Below, piece by piece: positions 40,633 through 52,217 of a stretch of DNA of 64,000 nt. Numbering within the stretch: the stretch's first letter is position 1; each line of letters begins with the position of its first letter. A program made the translations under genes and the position numbers. Under the pieces are notes generated by a model. The model was not told where the DNA came from and ran no database searches. It saw only the letters and a program-made list of their open reading frames with translations. Source of the stretch: Myxococcota bacterium (lineage in GTDB: Bacteria; Myxococcota; XYA12-FULL-58-9; JABJBS01); contig JAYZAY010000067.1 of the NCBI GenBank assembly GCA_036339465.1, forward strand, positions 66,638-130,637, read 5' to 3'.

Positions 40633-41343
40633 ATGAGCAGCCTCTTTATTGATAGTGTCCGGGAAGTAATTTTTCCCAGCGAATGCCGAAGCTGCACTGC
40701 CCCCCTCAGCTCCCATAATGGAACGCAGCTCTGCTCGCCATGTGGGGATTCTCTGGAAGTCAATCTTGGCCAACGTTGTAGTGGCTGCGACCATCCTTTA
40801 TCACTAAAGCGTTGCGCAGCATGTAAACAATACGGCGTGCCCTGGAACAAAATCCGCGCACCATTTCTTTATGGCGGTAAAACCCAAGAACTCATCCTGG
40901 CCTATAAAACAGCAGGCAACTATAACCTCGCGAACCTACTCGCTGATTTAATGCTTCAGGACTCAGAAGTTCGCACAATATTGGATAGCGCCACCCTGCT
41001 CTCGTTCGTCCCCCTACATCCTCGAAAGCGCTTTAAACGCGGCTACAACCAAAGTCGCGAACTAGCGAAAGCAATCAGCCGAAAAATGGGGATACCTCTT
41101 CGACCGACTTTACGGCACCTAGGAACTCACAAAGGACAGCAAGAGCTGCCAAAAAATGAAAGGCTCCGACTAAAACCGTCAGTTTTTCAACCTACTGGTT
41201 TATTATTAGAGGAGAATTTGGTTCTTGTTGACGATGTCATTACCACTGGAACAACCCTTCGCGCTGCAACGATGAAAATCCAGAGAAAACAGAATGTTAG
41301 CATCCTATGCTTGGCATTTGCTCGCAGCTGTTTTGATCTCTAG
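40633..41343 (+). CDS. comF: ComF family protein (double zinc ribbon plus PRTase)
   Basis: Four CxxC pairs, VPLH..RGYNQS, LVDDVITTGTT. Confidence 0.92.
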   Translation: MSSLFIDSVREVIFPSECRSCTAPLSSHNGTQLCSPCGDSLEVNLGQRCSGCDHPLSLKRCAACKQYGVPWNKIRAPFLYGGKTQELILAYKTAGNYNLANLLADLMLQDSEVRTILDSATLLSFVPLHPRKRFKRGYNQSRELAKAISRKMGIPLRPTLRHLGTHKGQQELPKNERLRLKPSVFQPTGLLLEENLVLVDDVITTGTTLRAATMKIQRKQNVSILCLAFARSCFDL

Positions 41344-41546
41344 GCCTTCGGCTGTCTGGTGTCGATGTCTTATACCGCGCTGATCTAGCTCGCATTTTTC
41401 CATCATTGAAGGTGGGAATGATACAAGACTCTGCTAGTTCGCCACCCCGTAAAAAAGAAATAAGTTCGTTCTTAGAGCGCATTTTCTGACTGGCACACCT
41501 CTTAATAAGCTTGACTCATATCCTGCTGCGTAGAACATAGCTGCTT

Positions 41547-42677
41547 ATGGTCTTTCGTCCAACTCTACTTAAGATCGACCTAGATGCTCTCGCCAGCAAC
41601 TATCGAACTGTCGAAAAATTATCGAAGCAAACAAGCATCTGTGCCGTCGTCAAAGCAGATGCGTACGGTTATGGGGCCAGCCCCGTTGCGCAGCGCTTAG
41701 AATTCGAAGGATGCCCTTGGTTTGCTGTGGCTTTGGTGGAAGAAGGTATCAGCCTAAGAAATGCGGGCATCACAAAGCCAATTCTGGTCCTTGGGGCCCA
41801 TGTTGAAAATGCCACTGAAACACTCATAGAGCATAAACTTATTCCAACCATCTTCAGCCTGGAGCAACTGGAAAGTTTAAATAAAACGGTAAAAAAACAA
41901 CAGCTTGAAATTCATCTAAAACTAGATACCGGCATGAGCCGACTTGGCCTGAGACCTCAAGAACTCCCGAAGGCCATCAAGCTCTTGAAAAAAAAATCAA
42001 AGCTCAAGCTCGCAGGACTCATGAGTCACCTCGCCAATGCCGACCTAGATGATTCGAAAATGAACAGCTCGCAGCAGGATTTGCTGTTGCAAGCATACGA
42101 ACTCTTAAAGCTTCATGAATTGCCTCCAAAATGGCTACACCTATGTAATAGCGCCGGAGTCATCAATGCCCCAAAAAAAGCCCAAAATCTGATCCGACCT
42201 GGGCTTTTGTTGTATGGTTTAAATCCAATGGGCCCACACACCGATATACCCCTTAAGCCAGTCGCTTCGTGGCACACGAAACCCCTATGTCTTCGAAATC
42301 TTCCTTCCAATAGTCCGGTGAGTTACGGCGGCCATTTCCGAACCGGTCGCCCAACGACTCTAGCCGTTCTGCCGGTGGGATACGCAGATGGTTATAAAAA
42401 GAGCTTTGAGGGGCGAGCCGAGGTTCTTATCCGAAATCAAAGAGCCCCCATTGTTGGTTCCATCTGTATGGACATGTGCATGGCAGATGTCACAGACATT
42501 CCAAACGTCTGCCGAGAAGACCAGGTAACGCTCCTCGGAGCGCAGGGCCGCCATGAAATTACAGCATATGAACTGGCCACATGGGCCGAAACAATCCCCT
42601 ATGAGATCATGTGTTCCATCACTGAACGAGTCCCAAGACACTATTTCGGCCAAGGAGCGCCATTAAATGCTGAATAG
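41547..42677 (+). CDS. alr: Alanine racemase
   Basis: AVVKADAYG (PLP Lys), HLKLDTGMSRLG, VSYG, GYADG, CMD, TIPYE. Confidence 0.96.
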   Translation: MVFRPTLLKIDLDALASNYRTVEKLSKQTSICAVVKADAYGYGASPVAQRLEFEGCPWFAVALVEEGISLRNAGITKPILVLGAHVENATETLIEHKLIPTIFSLEQLESLNKTVKKQQLEIHLKLDTGMSRLGLRPQELPKAIKLLKKKSKLKLAGLMSHLANADLDDSKMNSSQQDLLLQAYELLKLHELPPKWLHLCNSAGVINAPKKAQNLIRPGLLLYGLNPMGPHTDIPLKPVASWHTKPLCLRNLPSNSPVSYGGHFRTGRPTTLAVLPVGYADGYKKSFEGRAEVLIRNQRAPIVGSICMDMCMADVTDIPNVCREDQVTLLGAQGRHEITAYELATWAETIPYEIMCSITERVPRHYFGQGAPLNAE

Positions 42678-43452
42678 CTTGGATCGAATCGGAGAACTCT
42701 TCCTGAGTTTCTTCGAACAAGTTGGTTCGATGCTCTTCTTTTTACTCAACGCTCTCAGACAAAGCCTAAGGCCACCATACCGCCCTCGCCTTATCATCGA
42801 ACACATGTTCTCGGTGGGTGTCGGCTCCCTCTTTATCGTTGGACTGACCGGCACCTTTACCGGCGCCGTTTTCACCCTCCAAAGTATCGCTGGGTTTGCA
42901 ACCGTAGGCATGGAAAATATTGTTGGCTCCACCGTGTTGCTTGCCGTGAGCAGAGAACTGGCGCCTGTCCTGACATCCTTGATGGTGGCCGGCCGAGTTG
43001 GCTCAGCAATGGCTACTGAACTCGGGACCATGAGGGTGACCGAACAAATTGATGCCATGGAAGTCATGGGAGTTAACCCCGTAAAATACCTCATCGTGCC
43101 ACGACTATTTGCTGCTACCTTTATGGTCCCCATACTAACGGTCATCTTTACCGTTGTCGCTGGCGTGGGCTCCTATGCAATTGCGATTCCCATGATGGGA
43201 CTAGATGAGGGGGCATTCTTTGCCCGCATCGAGTGGCTACTAAACCCGTACGACTTTATCCATGGACTCGTAAAATCAATTTTCTTTGGGGTGCTCATCG
43301 CCGTAATAGGATGCTACAAAGGTTATAACGCAAAGGGGGGAGCCCGTGGAGTGGGTAATGCCACAACCCAATCGGTCGTAATTAGCTCCATTGCTATTTT
43401 CGTCGTAGATTATGTTCTGACCTCCATTTTACTTATCTGGGCGCCAAGTTAA
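42667..43452 (+). CDS. mlaE: MlaE-family ABC transporter permease
   Basis: RELAPVLT, AGRVGSAMATELGTMRVTEQIDAM, GARGVGNATT. Confidence 0.93.
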   Translation: MLNSLDRIGELFLSFFEQVGSMLFFLLNALRQSLRPPYRPRLIIEHMFSVGVGSLFIVGLTGTFTGAVFTLQSIAGFATVGMENIVGSTVLLAVSRELAPVLTSLMVAGRVGSAMATELGTMRVTEQIDAMEVMGVNPVKYLIVPRLFAATFMVPILTVIFTVVAGVGSYAIAIPMMGLDEGAFFARIEWLLNPYDFIHGLVKSIFFGVLIAVIGCYKGYNAKGGARGVGNATTQSVVISSIAIFVVDYVLTSILLIWAPS

Positions 43453-43456
43453 AACA

Positions 43457-44194
43457 ATGTTGGTCGTTGAAAACATACATAAATCCTTTTCTGGCCATGA
43501 AGTCTTAAAGGGCGTTTCTCTAAGGGTAACCAAAGGGGCCACAAGAGTCATTCTAGGCCTTTCAGGCTCAGGGAAATCTGTCCTCATGAAACATATGATT
43601 GGGTTAATCAAACCAGACTCTGGTAAGATCATCATGGATGGTGAAGATCTGACCCAGCTCTCCGAAAAAAGACTTCAAGAAAAGCGAAAAGAGTTCGGCA
43701 TGGTGTTTCAACAATCTGCCCTCTTTGACTCCATGACAGTATGGGAAAACGTCGCTTTCCCTCTGAGGGAACATACCAAATTAAGACACACCGAAATTCA
43801 CCAAAGAGTTATGGAAAAACTCGAACTCGTAGGCCTCGAACATAGCACGGATAAATTTCCATCCGAGCTCTCAGGCGGAATGAGAAAACGAGTTGGCCTA
43901 GCACGAGCCGTTATTTTAAGCCCAAAGTGCATCTTTTACGACGAACCAACAACAGGCCTTGATCCCGTAACAACCGACAACGTCGATAACATGATACTCG
44001 ATGCAAGTAGACGACTCCAGGTCACAAGTATCGTGATCTCCCATGATATCGGAAGTGCCATCAGGGTGGCAGATGAGATCGCCGTCCTTCATAAAGGCGA
44101 AATAGTAGAAGACTGTGCCGCCAAAGACATCAGAAAATCACAACATCCTTTCGTCCGAAATTTTTTGGATATATGGTTTGGTAAACAGGAATGA
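43457..44194 (+). CDS. mlaF: MlaF-family ABC transporter ATPase
   Basis: GLSGSGKS, LSGGMRKR, YDEPTTGLDP, SHD. Confidence 0.93.
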   Translation: MLVVENIHKSFSGHEVLKGVSLRVTKGATRVILGLSGSGKSVLMKHMIGLIKPDSGKIIMDGEDLTQLSEKRLQEKRKEFGMVFQQSALFDSMTVWENVAFPLREHTKLRHTEIHQRVMEKLELVGLEHSTDKFPSELSGGMRKRVGLARAVILSPKCIFYDEPTTGLDPVTTDNVDNMILDASRRLQVTSIVISHDIGSAIRVADEIAVLHKGEIVEDCAAKDIRKSQHPFVRNFLDIWFGKQE

Positions 44195-45741
44195 TTCGAG
44201 CAAGCCTAATGGTCGGTCTCCTCGTCGTGGCCGCAATGACATCTCTCACATGGTTCATCATGTCCACGAGTAAGGACAAATACGACGACGCATCAACTTA
44301 TCGAATCTACGCCAATTTCAGTGATGCTTCCGGAATCCGCTGGAAAACAAGGGTACAAATAAACGGGATCGATGTGGGTAAGATTGGCAAAATCGAACAC
44401 ATTCGAACCAAAAATGGACTTTACGTCGCCAAAGTAAGTATCAAACTACTAAAGTCATACACCATCTATAAAGACGCCAGTATTAAGAAAGCCGCAGAGT
44501 CGCTCTTGGGGGACTATCGTTTGGACCTCGTACCTGGGAATCCTGCCACAGGCGTTCTCCCTCCCAATGAAACCATTCAAAATGTCCAAAGCGTCGCAGA
44601 CATGGAGGCCATTCAATCAGAGCTGAAACACGTTGCCCGCAACGTCAGCAAAATAACGGAAAGTTTTTCCCGTGTTCTCTCGGGCCCCGAAGCCGAGGGT
44701 TCGCTCGAAGCAATTATGAAGCGCGTTGAAAACAGCCTAGGGGCGATTGAAAAGGCCAGCCAACTCATCTCAGGAAGTATAGAAAGAAATGATAATAATG
44801 TGGACGAGATCCTCTCGAATCTGCACAGCATTACAAAAGAAGTTGCGCAGGCAACCACCCAGCAAGGTGATCTTGGACTTATCAGTAATAACCTTGCAAA
44901 ATTGAGTGGCCACCTAGAGAGTCTCACAAGTCGAGTATCAGAATCACTACTCGGTGAACCTGGGACACCCACAGTAGAAACGCCCATCAGACAGTCAATT
45001 GAGCAACTGAATGAAACAATATCTCACCTAAACAGCATCGTTCGGAAAGTCGATCATGGTGTCGGAACAGTTGGCCGACTCGTGAACGACTCCTCTGTCG
45101 TTGATGGCGTTGAAGACACCATCAACAATACCAACGAACTGTTAGGGGGATTTTCTCGAATTCAAACCGATATAGAACTTCGAACAGAATACGGAGTGCC
45201 ATTCGGGGAGCCTAATGAAGAAATTTACTCATCCTTAAAAAGCACCTTAGGAGTAATCATTCGTCCCAGGCCCGACAAGAGTTACATTTTTGAAGCTACC
45301 GCAGATCCCCGGGGGCGATCACGACGTGAAATTAGAACAGAAACAAGTGATGGCATCACCTCCAAAACCGAACTTAATAACATCTCCTTTAATGATCTGA
45401 AATTTTCTGCCCAATTTGCAAAAAGATATTATTTTGCGACTCTTAGGTTTGGGATTATTGAAAATACAGGCGGGGTCGGCCTCAATTTACACGCTCTCTC
45501 CGACAACCTTGAACTACGCTTCGATATTTTTGACTTTGAGCGAAGAAATCCTGACAGTAACATCAACATTTTTCCGAGACTTCGTACCACCCTTATGGTG
45601 GAATTTTTCAACCACCTCTGGTTCCAAGGAGGCCTTGATGACCCCCTTAACAGCAAGCTAAGAACCTGGTTCATGGGAGGGGTCCTAAGATTCACAGATG
45701 ATGATCTGAAAACAATACTATCTGTAGTGCCAAGCCCTTAG
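44191..45741 (+). CDS. mlaD: MCE/MlaD-domain protein with long helical region and beta-rich C-terminus
   Basis: N-terminal TM, F.DASGI...[25 protein letters not shown]; in operon with mlaEF. Confidence 0.88.
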   Translation: MIRASLMVGLLVVAAMTSLTWFIMSTSKDKYDDASTYRIYANFSDASGIRWKTRVQINGIDVGKIGKIEHIRTKNGLYVAKVSIKLLKSYTIYKDASIKKAAESLLGDYRLDLVPGNPATGVLPPNETIQNVQSVADMEAIQSELKHVARNVSKITESFSRVLSGPEAEGSLEAIMKRVENSLGAIEKASQLISGSIERNDNNVDEILSNLHSITKEVAQATTQQGDLGLISNNLAKLSGHLESLTSRVSESLLGEPGTPTVETPIRQSIEQLNETISHLNSIVRKVDHGVGTVGRLVNDSSVVDGVEDTINNTNELLGGFSRIQTDIELRTEYGVPFGEPNEEIYSSLKSTLGVIIRPRPDKSYIFEATADPRGRSRREIRTETSDGITSKTELNNISFNDLKFSAQFAKRYYFATLRFGIIENTGGVGLNLHALSDNLELRFDIFDFERRNPDSNINIFPRLRTTLMVEFFNHLWFQGGLDDPLNSKLRTWFMGGVLRFTDDDLKTILSVVPSP

Positions 45742-47042
45742 CTCAGTTCACTGGTTGAGGATTCAATCAGGGCAATACCTTCCTGGCAATGTTTTAGTTT
45801 CTCAACCACACGTTGCGCCTCTGAAGCAACATTTGAGACCATACCGGTCGTTTTGTCGTTGAGTTCTCCCGCTTCCCGTAAACTCTCTTCGATAGACGTG
45901 GTGGTAGCTCTCTGTTCATCAACTGCACTGGAAATATTCGTCTGATAATCGTTAATTTCACCAATAATTTTTGCCATCTTACTGATCGCATCCACGGCGT
46001 TCATTGTACCTTCTTGGATTGCCCCAATCTTACCACGAATATCTTCTGTAGCGCGTTTTGTTTGGGCCGAAAGCTCCTTAACCTCAGTAGCGACCACGGC
46101 AAAACCTTTTCCCGCCTCTCCTGCCCGAGCGGCTTCAATCGTAGCGTTCAAAGCAAGAAGGTTTGTCTGCTCAGCCACACTGTTGATATCCTGAATAACT
46201 TGGCGAATTTCAAGACCTCTTTCCCCAAGAGCGCCAACTATCGCAGTGGCACTGTCTGCCTCTTGGGCCGCTAAACGCGAAACTTTTGCCGCATCAAAAA
46301 CACTTTTTGCTATCTCCGCCACGCTTTGCCCTAGTCCATTGAGATTTCCTGCTAGATTGGAAACAGTAATGCTCATTTGCGTGGAATTTGCCGATGCCTG
46401 TTCCGCCCGCCCAGAAACGGCGTCACTCAGGCTTTCAGCATCTTCACATAACCCAGCCATTTCTTGGGTAGAACCAAGAATGACTGCGATCGCTTCGTTG
46501 GAACCACGAAGTGGGATTGTCGCTTGAGGTAAAGGAGTTACCCCTGCCTCTACAAAGCCAAAGCCATCGGTAACCGTATTTTTACTGAGTTCCGCTTGAG
46601 ATGTGGCCCCTCTAAAGGCCATCATAATCCAAGCACCATAGAAGAACGTAAAGAGCACCCACAAAGGATAAAGCGAGCTCGCCACACGGGCTTTATGCTG
46701 TCGATATGCCGCCCCCCAGAAAGAAAAAGTAATAGATCCACCCTGGAGCCTCACCAAAACTTCATCGGCAGATTCCTGCTTTGTACCAACGCTTTCGGTG
46801 TTTTCGTCAATATGGATTTCGACAAAAGGAACCCAAGGATTTAAATCCAGCCAACCAGACAATCTTTTTCTGACCGCTTCAATCTCCATTCCTTCATTTT
46901 TTTCAAGATCGGCCACCATGGAGCCATAAACTCCACGATGCATGGCTCCAACAAGAGCTGCCTGAGACCAAAAGAACCCAATAACGATCAACAAGGCCGT
47001 AGCTGCTTTTAACCCGTGCTCCTGCAAGACAAGTCCCCTCAT
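45738..47042 (-). CDS. Methyl-accepting chemotaxis protein (short)
   Basis: [34 protein letters not shown] tip; two hydrophobic segments; start uncertain (ATG 47042 or TTG 47084). Confidence 0.88.
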   Translation of the reverse strand: MRGLVLQEHGLKAATALLIVIGFFWSQAALVGAMHRGVYGSMVADLEKNEGMEIEAVRKRLSGWLDLNPWVPFVEIHIDENTESVGTKQESADEVLVRLQGGSITFSFWGAAYRQHKARVASSLYPLWVLFTFFYGAWIMMAFRGATSQAELSKNTVTDGFGFVEAGVTPLPQATIPLRGSNEAIAVILGSTQEMAGLCEDAESLSDAVSGRAEQASANSTQMSITVSNLAGNLNGLGQSVAEIAKSVFDAAKVSRLAAQEADSATAIVGALGERGLEIRQVIQDINSVAEQTNLLALNATIEAARAGEAGKGFAVVATEVKELSAQTKRATEDIRGKIGAIQEGTMNAVDAISKMAKIIGEINDYQTNISSAVDEQRATTTSIEESLREAGELNDKTTGMVSNVASEAQRVVEKLKHCQEGIALIESSTSELS

Positions 47043-47086
47043 AAACGAGAAACCACGATAGAAAAACCATCCACCGTCTTCCAAGA

Positions 47087-48619
47087 CTAGAGGGCTTTAG
47101 GCGGGCGCTCAACTATTTCCGAAAAATTGCAGGAAGCTGGCTTCCTAAGGGGCATTGCTGCAGTAGGGAACAAAGAACTCATTTCGCCTTTGATGGTAAG
47201 AGGAGTTGCTCCCACTGCCCGAACTTGTACAAACTCACCGATCAAATCCGCAGGTCCTTCAAAAGCCACGATCTCATCGCCCTCGGTCCTGCCAATCAAG
47301 GGTACCCGAGAGCTACTACCTTTGTAGATAGGCAGCTGAATCAAGTCACGCTGGGGTTGTGTCCGAAGCTTACTCTGACCCTCCACCAAAACTTCAATTT
47401 CCTTGCCAATGTAAGACTGGTGTGTCGATTCACTAACTTTGGTTTGGAGCGCCAAAAGCTCGTTGTTTCTTTTCTTTTTCAGGACATCCGGAATATCATC
47501 AGGATACCGACGAATCGCTACTGTTCCGGGTCTCTCCGAATATTTAAAGATGTAACAACTTTTGTATCTTACACGCTTTAACAATTCTATCGACGCTTGA
47601 TGATCTTCCTCTGTTTCAGTGGGAAAACCAACGATCATATCCCCGGCTAGACGAATGTTTGGCATCAAATCACGCGCTCGTTCAATAAGCTCGTAATACT
47701 CTTCGATTCTGTAACCACGATTCATCAACCTCAGAATCCGATTAGAGCCGCTTTGTACTGGAATATGGAGATACTTACAGATCCGCGGTGCTGAAGCCAT
47801 GACAGTTAAGGCTTCAACCGTAAAGTCCCTTGGATATGACGTAATGAACCTTAAGCGCGGAAGAGCCGGTACCGATTCATGAACCTGCCAAAGTAGGTCT
47901 GCAAACGTGGTGGTCTTATCACCCGCCTTATATTGATAATGGTTTACCGTCTGGCCCAACAGGGTTACTTCTTTGACGCCGCGGTCCACGAGACGGCGAA
48001 CTTCTTCAACAATATGTTCTGGTGGCCGGTGAACTTCGGGCCCTCTCGTGAAGGGAACCACACAATAAGTACAAAACTTGTTACACCCCCTCGTAATCCG
48101 AACATAGGCTTGATGTGAACCAGCGGCGGTTGGAGAAAAAGACCGCGAAAGATCAAGCGCCTCAAGATTATCCTTGGCGGCATCCTGCGTCTTTGAACGG
48201 CGAACAGTATGCCCCGCTAATGAAACCTGAGGTTCCTTATTTCGTATAGCATTATCGACGAGGGTCGGGACTTGATCTAAATTCGATGGGCCGCAGATAA
48301 TATCCACATGCCGCATGCGTTTGACAATCCCCTCCCCCTCTCGCTCGGCCATGCACCCAAGAACGCCGACCACAAGGTCCGGTCGGTCATCCTGCTTTAT
48401 CTGGGCTAACCGCCCCAAAGCAGACCAAACCTTATGTTCAGAATGTTCACGGATCGAACAAGTGTTAAGAAGAACCACGTCAGCATCTTTTTGGGAATCA
48501 ACAAACGAATATCCAAGGCCTTCCAATTGGCCACGTACCAGCTCGGAATCGAGGACATTCATTTGACAGCCATAGGTAGAAAGGTAGACCAATTTGCCGG
48601 ATGTATTTGCGTTGTTCAT
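47087..48619 (-). CDS. miaB: tRNA-i6A37 methylthiotransferase MiaB
   Basis: [49 protein letters not shown] domain. Confidence 0.96.
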   Translation of the reverse strand: MNNANTSGKLVYLSTYGCQMNVLDSELVRGQLEGLGYSFVDSQKDADVVLLNTCSIREHSEHKVWSALGRLAQIKQDDRPDLVVGVLGCMAEREGEGIVKRMRHVDIICGPSNLDQVPTLVDNAIRNKEPQVSLAGHTVRRSKTQDAAKDNLEALDLSRSFSPTAAGSHQAYVRITRGCNKFCTYCVVPFTRGPEVHRPPEHIVEEVRRLVDRGVKEVTLLGQTVNHYQYKAGDKTTTFADLLWQVHESVPALPRLRFITSYPRDFTVEALTVMASAPRICKYLHIPVQSGSNRILRLMNRGYRIEEYYELIERARDLMPNIRLAGDMIVGFPTETEEDHQASIELLKRVRYKSCYIFKYSERPGTVAIRRYPDDIPDVLKKKRNNELLALQTKVSESTHQSYIGKEIEVLVEGQSKLRTQPQRDLIQLPIYKGSSSRVPLIGRTEGDEIVAFEGPADLIGEFVQVRAVGATPLTIKGEMSSLFPTAAMPLRKPASCNFSEIVERPPKAL

Positions 48620-48680
48620 TTGCGAGGCCTCTAGCAAGACTTCGCTCTCACGTCTACGAAATCATTCAATTGTTTAGTAT

Positions 48681-48708
48681 AAATTATCCACGGACAATGG
48701 CGCGTCAA
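48681..48708 (-). promoter_or_regulatory. sigma70-type promoter for miaB
   Basis: TTGACG-N16-TAATTT. Confidence 0.55.
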
Positions 48709-48733
48709 CGACCCTCCTCGAAAGCTAAGGTAA

Positions 48734-49300
48734 TCAGCGATAGAGGCCCAGATTCCTCACGTAATCGTCAACCCCTGAACTCAAAAATGCACTTACCTTT
48801 CCGCCAGTTTCAATCAAGTACCTAATTTCAGAGCTGGCAATCTCTGGCATTTCTTCGTCCAAAACGCGGAAATCGCTGGGGGGACAATAGGTCCCTTTTC
48901 TACGAACCACGGTAAATGAGATTTTCTTGATTAACTCTTCTGCCCGGTACCAGCCGGGTAATTCAGCCAACAGATCGGCACCTATCACCCACGAAAAGAT
49001 TTTACCTTGCTGCTGATTCATTAAGTAAGATACCGTATCGTAGGTTCTACTCACGCCGCCTAATTCTTTTTCCACTTCGCTGACTTGGCAGGTAGTCTCA
49101 AGGCCATGATCTCGTAGGAGCCGATTACACATTTCGAGGCGGTGCTCAAAGGGAACCAACGGTTTTCCGAAAGGGTGGGTATACGTTGGCAACAGCCAGA
49201 TGGAATCAACCCATTCCTCACGGGAAAGGTACGCACATAGGGCACCATGGCCTCGGTGGGGCGGGTTGAAACTGCCTCCAAATAAGATTGTCGATTTCAT
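48734..49300 (-). CDS. nadD: Nicotinate-nucleotide adenylyltransferase
   Basis: FGGSFNPPHRGH, IGAD, W, ASSEIR, YVRNLGLY. Confidence 0.92.
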   Translation of the reverse strand: MKSTILFGGSFNPPHRGHGALCAYLSREEWVDSIWLLPTYTHPFGKPLVPFEHRLEMCNRLLRDHGLETTCQVSEVEKELGGVSRTYDTVSYLMNQQQGKIFSWVIGADLLAELPGWYRAEELIKKISFTVVRRKGTYCPPSDFRVLDEEMPEIASSEIRYLIETGGKVSAFLSSGVDDYVRNLGLYR

Positions 49301-49339
49301 CTTTGTTCAAGTCAGACGGGGCAAACCAGAAATGCAGAA

Positions 49340-49606
49340 TCACTCCGCCGAAGACTTGGAATCGGAAGATTCCGAAGACGAGGAGGATGACGCTGAGCTT
49401 TCCCCTTTTTTATCCTTGGTGGAAGACCCTGCATAATCGGTTTTGTACCAACCCGTACCTTTTAGGTGAAAAGCACTTTCACTCATGATTCGACTCACCC
49501 GCTTAGAATTACACCCTTCACATTTCTTTGGCGGGGGATCTGACATCTTTTGCAGTACTTCAAAAACTGAACCGCACTTTTTGCACTCATACTCGTACAT
49601 TGGCAT
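49340..49606 (-). CDS. FmdB-family zinc-ribbon protein
   Basis: MPMYEYECKKCG...CEGC...FHLKGTGWYKTDY; GAGGAG SD. Confidence 0.92.
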   Translation of the reverse strand: MPMYEYECKKCGSVFEVLQKMSDPPPKKCEGCNSKRVSRIMSESAFHLKGTGWYKTDYAGSSTKDKKGESSASSSSSSESSDSKSSAE

Positions 49607-49639
49607 AGAGCTATTATCTCCTCGATCTCGAATTGTTTC

Positions 49640-49668
49640 CCTATACGAGTCTCGCCAAAAGTCGTCAA
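49640..49668 (-). promoter_or_regulatory. sigma70-type promoter for FmdB-nadD
   Basis: TTGACG-N17-TATAGG (same -10 as the tRNA-fMet promoter). Confidence 0.6.
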
Positions 49669-49672
49669 GGAC

Positions 49673-49707
49673 TTGGCGTTCGCTTCAGATTTCCATAGAA
49701 AGCAGCT
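49673..49707 (+). promoter_or_regulatory. Candidate leaderless promoter for lnt
   Basis: TTGGCG-N17-TAGAAA-N6-GTG; no SD. Confidence 0.45.
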
Positions 49708-51267
49708 GTGATAACATCTCTAGTACAATTTTTGTCGAAGTATGGTCTTGATATTGCGCTGTCTACTTTATCTGGATGCCTTTTTTTTCTCGGTTTTTGT
49801 GGTTTTGGCCAGTGGTATTTAGCCTGGTTCTGCTGCTTGCCAATACTTTGGGTTCTGGAACACCGGGTAAAATCCTTGAAGGCGGCCTTTCTTTTCTCGT
49901 GGTTATTTGGAATGGTGGGGCATTTAGGCTGCTATTATTGGATTGTTCATGTCATCCACGTATTTGGCCATTTACCGATGGTGGTCGGTATCCTGGGCTG
50001 CTTGTTCCTTTGCGGCGCTCAGACGACTCTCTTCGCAATGTGGGGATTGCTGGTTGTCCAGGGTAAACGGAAGTGGGGAATTCCGGTTGTATGTTCCAGC
50101 CCCCTAGTATGGGTCATATTGGAGTGGCTCTATCCGTCACTCTTTCAGTCGTTCTTGGGGAATTCACAATACCAACAACTCGTACTGATTCAAAGCCTCG
50201 ATATATGGGGGCCACTTGGCATTTCGTTCTTGTTGGTGCTTTTTCCCGCAACAATCTTAAGTTGGTTCAATTATTACCAAAAGACTCCTGGATATCCACA
50301 ATCGGTTCCCCTAAGCCTTACTCTCGGGCTGGCTGGTCTATTGGCCTGGAGCATTTGGTACGGTAGCAAACGAATTGGTGAAGTAGAGACTCAACTTGAG
50401 GCACTTGAACCCACCTCAAAAACAGTGGGCATGGTTCAGACAAACATGGGTATCTACGAAAAGCGCAATTCGCCAGCGGAGGGTCTGCGTCGGCACAGAG
50501 ACCAAAGCATGCAGCTGCAACAGTTGGGCGTCGACTTAATCCTCTGGCCAGAGTCTGGTTATTTCTACGGTATTCGCGAGGGAACCCAGAACGTGAAACG
50601 GTCCGTTATGGGCGAAATCAATACCCCAATCTTATTTGGGGGCGTCACCATCGCTAATAGAGCACCTGAGCGGGTATTCTTTAACTCGGCCTATCTCGCT
50701 GACGCCGATGGTGAGGTGCTCGGGCGTTACGATAAGATTTTCTTGCTCGCGTTCGGGGAGTACATTCCTTTGGGTGACCTGTTCCCTTGGCTCTATACGC
50801 TTTCTCCAAATACAGGCCGGTTCGAACCAGGTACGACCACAAGTTCCTTGGAAATGGGTGGTATCCGTTACGGGGTTTTGATTTGCTACGAGGATATACT
50901 ACCGAGTTTTGTCAGGAAAGTGGGAGATGGTTTACCACACGTCCTGGTAAATCTAACCAACGATGCGTGGTTTGGGGATACACACGAACCTCGAATTCAC
51001 CTTGCGCTTGCTACGTTTAGGGCTATCGAACAACGACGGTACCTCCTACGTTCTACCAACACGGGCATTAGCGCCATCATTGCTCCCACCGGGAGAATTA
51101 TCTCTGAATCCAAGCAATTCGAACAGGAAAATTTGGTCGGCCAATTTGTGCCGCTTACCGAGCTAACAATCTACCAGCGATACGGGAATTGGTTCGGTTG
51201 GTGTTGTGTTCTCGGCTTAGCCTTACTCGGTCTTATGTACACTCGGAGAAGACGCGCTCAAGCCTAA
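49708..51267 (+). CDS. lnt: Apolipoprotein N-acyltransferase
   Basis: Multiple TMs; catalytic triad WPES, YDK..LLAFGEYIP, ICYED; NDAWFG, RAIE. Confidence 0.95.
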   Translation: MITSLVQFLSKYGLDIALSTLSGCLFFLGFCGFGQWYLAWFCCLPILWVLEHRVKSLKAAFLFSWLFGMVGHLGCYYWIVHVIHVFGHLPMVVGILGCLFLCGAQTTLFAMWGLLVVQGKRKWGIPVVCSSPLVWVILEWLYPSLFQSFLGNSQYQQLVLIQSLDIWGPLGISFLLVLFPATILSWFNYYQKTPGYPQSVPLSLTLGLAGLLAWSIWYGSKRIGEVETQLEALEPTSKTVGMVQTNMGIYEKRNSPAEGLRRHRDQSMQLQQLGVDLILWPESGYFYGIREGTQNVKRSVMGEINTPILFGGVTIANRAPERVFFNSAYLADADGEVLGRYDKIFLLAFGEYIPLGDLFPWLYTLSPNTGRFEPGTTTSSLEMGGIRYGVLICYEDILPSFVRKVGDGLPHVLVNLTNDAWFGDTHEPRIHLALATFRAIEQRRYLLRSTNTGISAIIAPTGRIISESKQFEQENLVGQFVPLTELTIYQRYGNWFGWCCVLGLALLGLMYTRRRRAQA

Positions 51268-52165
51268 GTGCCTGTTGACCCTGAAACGTTGCCTTTAGAT
51301 TTTCGGAACTGGTAAGGCATTTGGTGACAGCGAGCACTTCACCGTGGCCTTTGGTGAGGACGACCGTTTCATCTTTTTCAAACGCAGGCACTTCGCAGTT
51401 GCTAAGGTCACCGACGGTCAGCTGGTATCCATTGGCAACTCTTCGAACAAATTGGGGAGGAAGACGAATCACAGGAAATCTCTTCAACGCATCGGCAAGA
51501 CTTATCAGCACGGAGTGGGCGTCAACTTCGCCTTCTTCCATGGCATCAAGAGTGACGGCTGTCTCCAGGCCAAAGTCGCCGGATTTCGTGCGACACAACT
51601 TGCTTAAGTGGGCTCCACAACCAAGCTCACGTCCGATATCATACGCTAGAGAACGGATATATGTCCCCGCTGAACAGGTGACTTCTAAAACTGCCGTGCT
51701 TTTACCATATTCTAATAGGTCGAGTTGGCTGATGTTTACGGTCTTGGGCTCTCGCTCAATTTCTTTACCTTCTCGCGCTAGCTCATAAAGCTTCCTACCA
51801 CTAATCTTCTTGGCTGAATACATCGGCGGGATCTGTGAGATTTTTCCCCGGTAATTTGCCAGCACGCACTCGAGTTGCTCTTGCGACACATCGACTGGGT
51901 TCTCCTCCCGTATGTCTCCATCTGCATCATAGGTATCAGTGACGATTCCGAATGTCACCGTGGCGAGATAGGTTTTGTGGCTACCCATCAAATATTGGGA
52001 TAGCTTGGTGGCCTTGCCAATCAACAGAGGAAGAACACCTGTGGCTGCTGGGTCCAACGTGCCGGTGTGACCGACTTTTTTAGTATTGAGTAATTTTCGT
52101 ACCGCGTTTACAACATCGTGGGAAGTTATTCCCGACGGCTTATCAACGACCAAGATTCCATCCAT
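51233..52165 (-). CDS. truB: tRNA pseudouridine(55) synthase
   Basis: DKPSGITSHD, GHTGTLDPAATGVL, PPMYSAKK, CSAGTYIRSL; start moved to ATG 52165 with GAGGA SD; 35-nt convergent overlap with lnt. Confidence 0.96.
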   Translation of the reverse strand: MDGILVVDKPSGITSHDVVNAVRKLLNTKKVGHTGTLDPAATGVLPLLIGKATKLSQYLMGSHKTYLATVTFGIVTDTYDADGDIREENPVDVSQEQLECVLANYRGKISQIPPMYSAKKISGRKLYELAREGKEIEREPKTVNISQLDLLEYGKSTAVLEVTCSAGTYIRSLAYDIGRELGCGAHLSKLCRTKSGDFGLETAVTLDAMEEGEVDAHSVLISLADALKRFPVIRLPPQFVRRVANGYQLTVGDLSNCEVPAFEKDETVVLTKGHGEVLAVTKCLTSSENLKATFQGQQALRLERVFSECT

Positions 52166-52217
52166 GACATTCCTCTTCTCATATGAAGGAAAGGAGACCT
52201 CGAAAAAGGTCCTTAAA

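Noticed and set aside
41297..41482. 61-aa minus-strand ORF between comF and alr
   Set aside because: No recognisable motif, poorly spaced SD and it overlaps the comF 3' end; it cannot be supported without homology data.
41491..41506. TGGCAC-N5-TTAA sigma54-like site before alr
   Set aside because: The invariant -12 GC is absent.
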